A stretch of 54,239 nucleotides of DNA, from the NCBI GenBank assembly GCA_902789915.1, contig CADAPW010000001.1, positions 1 to 54,239 of the forward strand, written 5' to 3'. The notes beneath the pieces are model-generated. The model was given only the letters and a program-made list of their open reading frames with translations. It did no database searches and was not told the DNA's origin. This DNA comes from an uncultured Bacteroidia bacterium (lineage in GTDB: Bacteria > Bacteroidota > Bacteroidia > Bacteroidales > F082). Numbering within the stretch: position 1 is the stretch's first letter; each line of letters begins with the position of its first letter. Of the stretch, positions 49,955 to 54,239 are shown piece after piece. Made by a program: the position numbers and the translations under genes.

Positions 49955-51209
49955 ATGAATAAAGGAAGCCTAAAAAGCACCATCGCCGTCTCACTGACCA
50001 ACTACTTAGATGCCGGTGCCATCGTTGCCGGAGCCAGTGGCCTGACGTTGTGGCAGAAATACCTGGGCCTCACCGAGGTGCATCTCGGCTGGCTCAACTT
50101 CATCAGCGCCAACTGCTTGGGTGCCGCCCTCGGTGCCATCATTGGCGGTTTCTTGGCCGACAAATACGGACGCAAGTTCATCTACACCTACAACCTGCTC
50201 GTCTACATGGTGGGCGTGCTGCTCATCATGCTCTCCGTCAGCTTCCCGATGCTGTTGGCGGGATTCTTACTGTATCTCCCAAATGTCGTGGGGCTTCGGC
50301 CCGATGATCATCCTGCTGTTGGGCATGTTCTTCGCTCCCGACGGTTATCTGTTCGGCTGGGTCGAAAGCATAGCGCACACCTTCGGCGGCGACGGCTTGT
50401 CCACAGAGGCCGTCAACGTGTTCAGCTCGCGCATCGTCTTCTTCTCATTGCTGATTGTGGCCTTTATCGCTTGGAACTTGCAGCGCAAACTGGAGGAAAG
50501 CACCGAGTGGAAAGCCAGCCAAGAGGTAGCAAAGGCGAAAGGAGAAGATACTGGTCTTTGGCACGCTTTCAAGGTGTTGTTCTCCAACAAAACCGCTATC
50601 AAGACCGCCTGTTTCTTGGCTGTCATTTACCTCACCTGGAACCTCGTAGCCTCGGTGTTGGGCTTCTTCCAACCTCATATCTATGAAACGGCAGGTGGCA
50701 TCAGCAACGAACAAGCCAACTGGATGAACTGCATCCAATGGGCCATCATCGTGTTCGTCACCTTCCTGCTCTCCAAGATCATCGACAGGACAAGCCATAA
50801 ACTAATCTATATCTTAGGTCTGCTCTTTGCCATCAGTGCCTGGGTAATTATTGTGGCCGTCGGCGTGAATGGCACCGCAGGGCTGTGGCTGTTCACCATC
50901 CTCTGGGGCATCGAAGGCGGTATGTCGGTGCAAATCTTCTACGCCTTATGGGGCTCGGAGCTGTTTCCCGCCAAGTTCCGCGCTGGCGCACAAGGACTGA
51001 TGTTCTTTGTCGTGAGGGGGCTGTCGGCTGTATGGGGGCTGGTGTTCGCTTTCATCTATGGTGAAAACGGCGAAGGCTTCACCGTGGCCGCCTATTGCAT
51101 GATTGGCTTGCTGCTCATCTCGTTAATCGTGGGCGTCATCGGCTGCCCTAATACCCGCGGCAAGTCGCTCGCACATATTACCAAGGAACGGTATGGAGAG
51201 GAGTATTAA
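49955..51209 (+). pseudogene. MFS-type sugar transporter with an apparent +1 frame break near 50262-50285
   Basis: About 105 N-terminal codons read sensibly in the frame of ORF 49955 (...GGFLADKYGRKFIYTYNLLVYMVGVLLIMLSVSFPMLLAGFLL). That frame then becomes Arg-rich nonsense. The remaining ~310 codons read sensibly only in the frame of ORF 50121, from ...ISQMSWGFGPMIILLLGMFF to ...CPNTRGKSLAHITKERYGEEY. This could be a genuine pseudogene or a sequence error. Confidence 0.6.
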
Positions 51210-51218
51210 AGGACGCAA

Positions 51219-51284
51219 GACACGAGACTGCGAGACGCGAGACATTGGACTTGTCCCGTGTCACGAAGTCCCGCGTCCCGTGTC
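51219..51284. repeat. Imperfect GC-rich palindrome (REP-like) downstream of the transporter
   Basis: The left arm gacacgagactgcgagacgcgagac (51219-51243) pairs with the right arm gtcccgtgtcacgaagtcccgcgtcccgtgtc (51253-51284). An A7 run follows. It shares the gacacgagac box with the element at 47020. Confidence 0.5.
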
Positions 51285-51300
51285 AAAAAAAGAATGAACA

Positions 51301-52134
51301 ATGAATAGCATACTAAACAACAATCCCGAACTAAAACACCAAATCGACCAAGTGGCCGAAGTGGCAGGCTATCTCTGGCAAAAAGGCTGGGCAGAGCGCA
51401 ACGGCGGCAATATCGTCATCAATGTCACCGATCAACTCAACCCTCAACTTGTACGGCTGCCACAGTGTGACAGCCCTACACCCCCAATCGCCATTGGCAC
51501 GATATTGCCGCATTTGAAAGGCTGCTATTTCTTCTGCAAAGGCACCAACCGCCGCATGCGCGACCTCGCCCGCTGGCCCATGGACAACGGCTCCGTCATC
51601 CGCATCCTCGACGACTGCGCCCATTACGAAATCTGCGCCCATTACGAAATCATCGCCGACAAACCCGTGATGCCCACCTCGGAGTTACCCTCGCACCTCA
51701 GCGTTCACAACTACCTGATTGGCAAAGGCTCGCCTTACAAAGCCTCACTCCACACCCATCCCATCGAGTTAGTGGCTATGACACATCACCGTCCATTCTT
51801 GGAGAAAGACGTGCTGACCCAAATCCTCTGGTCGATGATACCTGAGACACGGGCGTTCTGTCCAAAGGGATTGGGTATCGTGCCTTACTTGTTGCCTTCA
51901 AGTGTAGCCCTCGGCGAAGCCACCCTAAACACCCTCAACGAAGGCTACGACGTGGTGATGTGGGAGAAACATGGCGTGTTTGCCGTTGACACCGACATCA
52001 TGGCGGCTTTCGACCAAGTGGATGTGCTGAACAAAGCTGCACAAATCTACATGAGTGCCCGCAGCATGGGCTTCGAGCCGGAAGGCATGAGTGAAGCTCA
52101 GATGCAAGAACTGGCAGAAGTGTTTGGATTGTAA
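51301..52134 (+). CDS. rhaD: Rhamnulose-1-phosphate aldolase (class II aldolase) carrying an in-frame 6-codon duplication
   Basis: 277 aa. Motifs are GWAERNGGNIVINV, PTSELPSHLSVH, SLHTHP and MWEKHGVFAV. The duplication gives CAHYEI-CAHYEI. Confidence 0.85.
   Translation: MNSILNNNPELKHQIDQVAEVAGYLWQKGWAERNGGNIVINVTDQLNPQLVRLPQCDSPTPPIAIGTILPHLKGCYFFCKGTNRRMRDLARWPMDNGSVIRILDDCAHYEICAHYEIIADKPVMPTSELPSHLSVHNYLIGKGSPYKASLHTHPIELVAMTHHRPFLEKDVLTQILWSMIPETRAFCPKGLGIVPYLLPSSVALGEATLNTLNEGYDVVMWEKHGVFAVDTDIMAAFDQVDVLNKAAQIYMSARSMGFEPEGMSEAQMQELAEVFGL
51616..51651. repeat. Perfect 18-bp tandem duplication (2 copies), in frame, inside rhaD
   Basis: The unit tgcgcccattacgaaatc occurs at 51616-51633 and 51634-51651. 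Confidence 0.95.
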
Positions 52135-52184
52135 TGATTGTAATAACAAACAAGTAAAACGAATAATTTATCAAAATATCAACA

Positions 52185-54239
52185 ATGAAACATATTACTA
52201 TCTTATTTCTGGCTATTATTGCCTTTGCTTCTTGTACAGACTCCCTCACCATCTCCCTCACCAACTCCAATGTGGAGCAACAATTCCACGAGCAGCCGTT
52301 GGCCACAAACCAACCGCGCTTCAGTTGGAACTTTGAAACCACGGAAAATGAGGTAATCCAGCAAAACTACCGCATCATCGTGGCCACTACTGCCGAAAAC
52401 GCCCAAAACGGCGTTGGCGACCTATGGGATTCGGGCGTGGTGCCTTCAAGCCAAATGCTTTACATCCCCTACGCAGGCAAGGAACTCCAAAGCCGCGACA
52501 AAGCCTATTGGAAAGTCATCACGACCGTAGCCGCCAAGGGCAAAAAAGCCAAAGTGGAAAGCGAAGTCAAGTCGTTTGAAATCAGCCTATTGAACCAAGA
52601 CGACTGGCAAGCTAAATGGATTGGCCATGAGTTTGAGGACGATGTGCTGGTGGGCAAAACGCGCTTGGCTGCCCGTTATCTCCGCAAGGATTTTGCCCTT
52701 AAAAACGACATTAAAGAAGCACGGCTTTATGTCAGCGGAATGGGTGTCTACAGCACATACCTCAACGGCAGCGAAGTCGCACCCGATGAACTACTGAAAC
52801 CTACCCTTTCATGGTACTCGAAGCGCGTGTATTTCAACACCTACGATGTCACAGAGATGCTCAACAGCGGCGACAACGCCATCGGCGTCATCCTCGAAGG
52901 CGGTCGCTATACAAGCATCCGCTACAACGAAGCCAACCCTAACTGGGACGGCACAAACCACGTGTTTGGCTTCGGTACGCCGCGACTGCTGCTGCAACTC
53001 GAAGTGACCTACAAAGACGGCCAGAAAGAGACCATCGTCAGCGATGAAACATGGAAAATCACCAACCAAGGTCCCATCCGCACCGCTAATGAATGGGACG
53101 GTGAAACCTATGACGAAAACTTCGACCTCGGCGATTGGAAAAAAGCTGGCTACGACGCCTCCTCTTGGCTTCAAGCCGAACTCGTGGAAGCCCCCGAAGG
53201 TCAACTCTCCGCCCAGCCTAACCCCAACATCACCGTGATGGAGAAGCTGAAACCCGTCAGCCTGTTCCAGAAAGGCGACAAATGGTACCTCGACATGGGC
53301 CAAAACATGGTCGGCTTTATCGACATGAAAGCGCGCGGACAGGAACCCGGCGACGTCATTACCCTGCGCTTCGCCGAACTCCTTACTCCCGACAGCCTTC
53401 TCTATACCGCCAACCTTCGCAGTGCGGAATGTACGGATCGATACATCGTCACTAACAACTCTCAACTTTCAACTGACTCTAAACTCTCAACTCTAAACTC
53501 TGAACTCCACTGGCATCCGTTGTTCGTCTACCACGGCTTCCGCTACGTTGAAATCTCCGGCCTGCGCGAGACGCCCGATTTGGACGATTTCGAGGGCTGT
53601 GTCATCTACGACGAGATGCCCGTCACAGGCTCGTTTGAGACCTCCAACGAAATCATCAACGCGGTGTACCACAATGCCTACTGGGGCATCCGTGGCAACT
53701 ACCGTTCCATGCCTACCGACTGCCCGCAACGCGACGAGCGTTTGGGCTGGACGGGGGACCGCACCACGGGCAACTTCGGCGAGTCGTACATCTTCAACAA
53801 CCACCAACTCTATGCCAAGTGGCTCTCCGATGGCGACGACAGCCAATGGGACAACGGCTCGCTACCCAACATCGTCCCACCCTACTGGCGCGGCTATACC
53901 GACAATATGACCTGGCCCGGTGCCATGGTCACCGTGACAGATATGCTTTATACACGCTTCGGTGACACTGAACCCATCCGTCAACATTATGCGGCTTGGA
54001 AGAAGTGGATGCTCCACATGAAAAACGACTATATGCGGGCTGGCCTCATGCCTCGCGACACCTACGGCGACTGGTGCATGCCGCCCGAGAGCCTCGAACT
54101 CATCCACTCCAGTGACCCCAACCGCATCACCGAGTCGACAGTCATCTCCACGCCGTTCTACTGCTACCTCTGCGGCAAGATGGCCAAGTTTGCCGAGATT
54201 TTGGGCTTCACTGAGGATGTAGACTTCTTCAATCAAGAA
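52185..54239 (+). CDS. GH78 alpha-L-rhamnosidase, lipoprotein; the 3' end lies beyond the window
   Basis: It is not in the ORF track because there is no stop in the window. My own translation from the ATG at 52185 gives MKHITILFLAIIAFASCTDS...QPRFSWNFETTENEVIQQNYRIIVATTAENAQNGVGDLWDSGVVPSSQMLYIPYAGKELQSRDKAYWKV... Later motifs are HPLFVYHGFRYVEISGL and MPTDCPQRDERLGWTGD. The frame is open to 54239. Confidence 0.8.
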   Translation, partial: MKHITILFLAIIAFASCTDSLTISLTNSNVEQQFHEQPLATNQPRFSWNFETTENEVIQQNYRIIVATTAENAQNGVGDLWDSGVVPSSQMLYIPYAGKELQSRDKAYWKVITTVAAKGKKAKVESEVKSFEISLLNQDDWQAKWIGHEFEDDVLVGKTRLAARYLRKDFALKNDIKEARLYVSGMGVYSTYLNGSEVAPDELLKPTLSWYSKRVYFNTYDVTEMLNSGDNAIGVILEGGRYTSIRYNEANPNWDGTNHVFGFGTPRLLLQLEVTYKDGQKETIVSDETWKITNQGPIRTANEWDGETYDENFDLGDWKKAGYDASSWLQAELVEAPEGQLSAQPNPNITVMEKLKPVSLFQKGDKWYLDMGQNMVGFIDMKARGQEPGDVITLRFAELLTPDSLLYTANLRSAECTDRYIVTNNSQLSTDSKLSTLNSELHWHPLFVYHGFRYVEISGLRETPDLDDFEGCVIYDEMPVTGSFETSNEIINAVYHNAYWGIRGNYRSMPTDCPQRDERLGWTGDRTTGNFGESYIFNNHQLYAKWLSDGDDSQWDNGSLPNIVPPYWRGYTDNMTWPGAMVTVTDMLYTRFGDTEPIRQHYAAWKKWMLHMKNDYMRAGLMPRDTYGDWCMPPESLELIHSSDPNRITESTVISTPFYCYLCGKMAKFAEILGFTEDVDFFNQE

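Noticed and set aside
53454-53525. Suspected frameshift in the GH78 gene at the low-complexity insert
   Set aside because: My first reading suggested a frame break. A codon-by-codon recount (…gaa ctc cac tgg cat ccg ttg ttc gtc tac cac ggc…) shows the frame from ATG 52185 is continuous. I report it only as an in-frame insert.
52809-54236. Three minus-strand ORFs (52809-53465, 53493-53846, 53862-54236) and one plus-strand ORF (53548-53910) in the last 1.5 kb
   Set aside because: All overlap the plus-strand frame that reads as a GH78 rhamnosidase (HGFRYVEISGL, DCPQRDERLGWTGD). Their own translations are low-complexity (Ala/Val/Gly/Arg-rich or Thr/Ser/Pro-rich). The true gene is missing from the track only because it has no stop in the window.

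Overview
This is a Bacteroidota-type chromosome segment, probably Bacteroidales or Prevotella-like. Supporting signs are a T9SS C-terminal sorting domain, a UpxY-like NusG paralogue, TAnnTTTG promoter motifs and T6SS subtype-iii genes. Layout: (1) 1-6.3 kb holds housekeeping genes: an ECF sigma factor, an OM beta-barrel, trkA-trkH, an S41 peptidase and a secreted barrel-like protein. (2) 6421-7736 is an IS4-family insertion sequence with 23/24-nt terminal inverted repeats. (3) 7.9-44.9 kb is one ~37-kb block of 31 same-strand, tightly packed genes forming a type VI secretion locus. It encodes a UpxY-like antiterminator, ClpV/TssH, TssB, TssC, two Hcp/TssD, VgrG/TssI, a PAAR-like DUF4280 toxin with immunity, and a Tle1-like DUF2235 lipase. 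It also encodes candidate TssG and TssK, TssE, TssF, a class-3 lipase, a glucosaminidase-LysM wall hydrolase, a Hanks Ser/Thr kinase, a PP2C phosphatase and several envelope proteins. The block ends at a hairpin plus T-run terminator. (4) 45-54 kb holds carbohydrate genes: a GH97 pseudogene, rhaB-rhaA-(frameshifted MFS transporter)-rhaD, and a GH78 rhamnosidase that runs off the window. Main finding: a complete eukaryote-like ubiquitin-type conjugation cassette sits inside the T6SS operon at 23279-31786, between the effector modules and the baseplate genes. It comprises a 108-aa protein ending in a free Gly, and an E2 with a canonical HPN...Cys active site. Two envelope proteins and a membrane-anchored JAMM/JAB peptidase follow. 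Next is a polytopic membrane protein combining a periplasmic vWA-like domain, a cytoplasmic RING-H2 finger and a C-terminal FHA-like domain. A ThiF/MoeB-type E1 closes the cassette. The locus's kinase and phosphatase suggest phospho-threonine-gated Ubl conjugation wired into a contractile secretion machine. All calls rest on motifs read directly from the translations; no database search was possible. Secondary observations include three perfect short tandem duplications (25, 13 and 18 bp) within 6.2 kb of the sugar-utilisation flank, two of which frameshift the GH97 gene. Others are REP-like palindromic intergenic repeats, a hairpin attenuator after the first hcp, and a T9SS-sorted protein encoded inside the T6SS locus.
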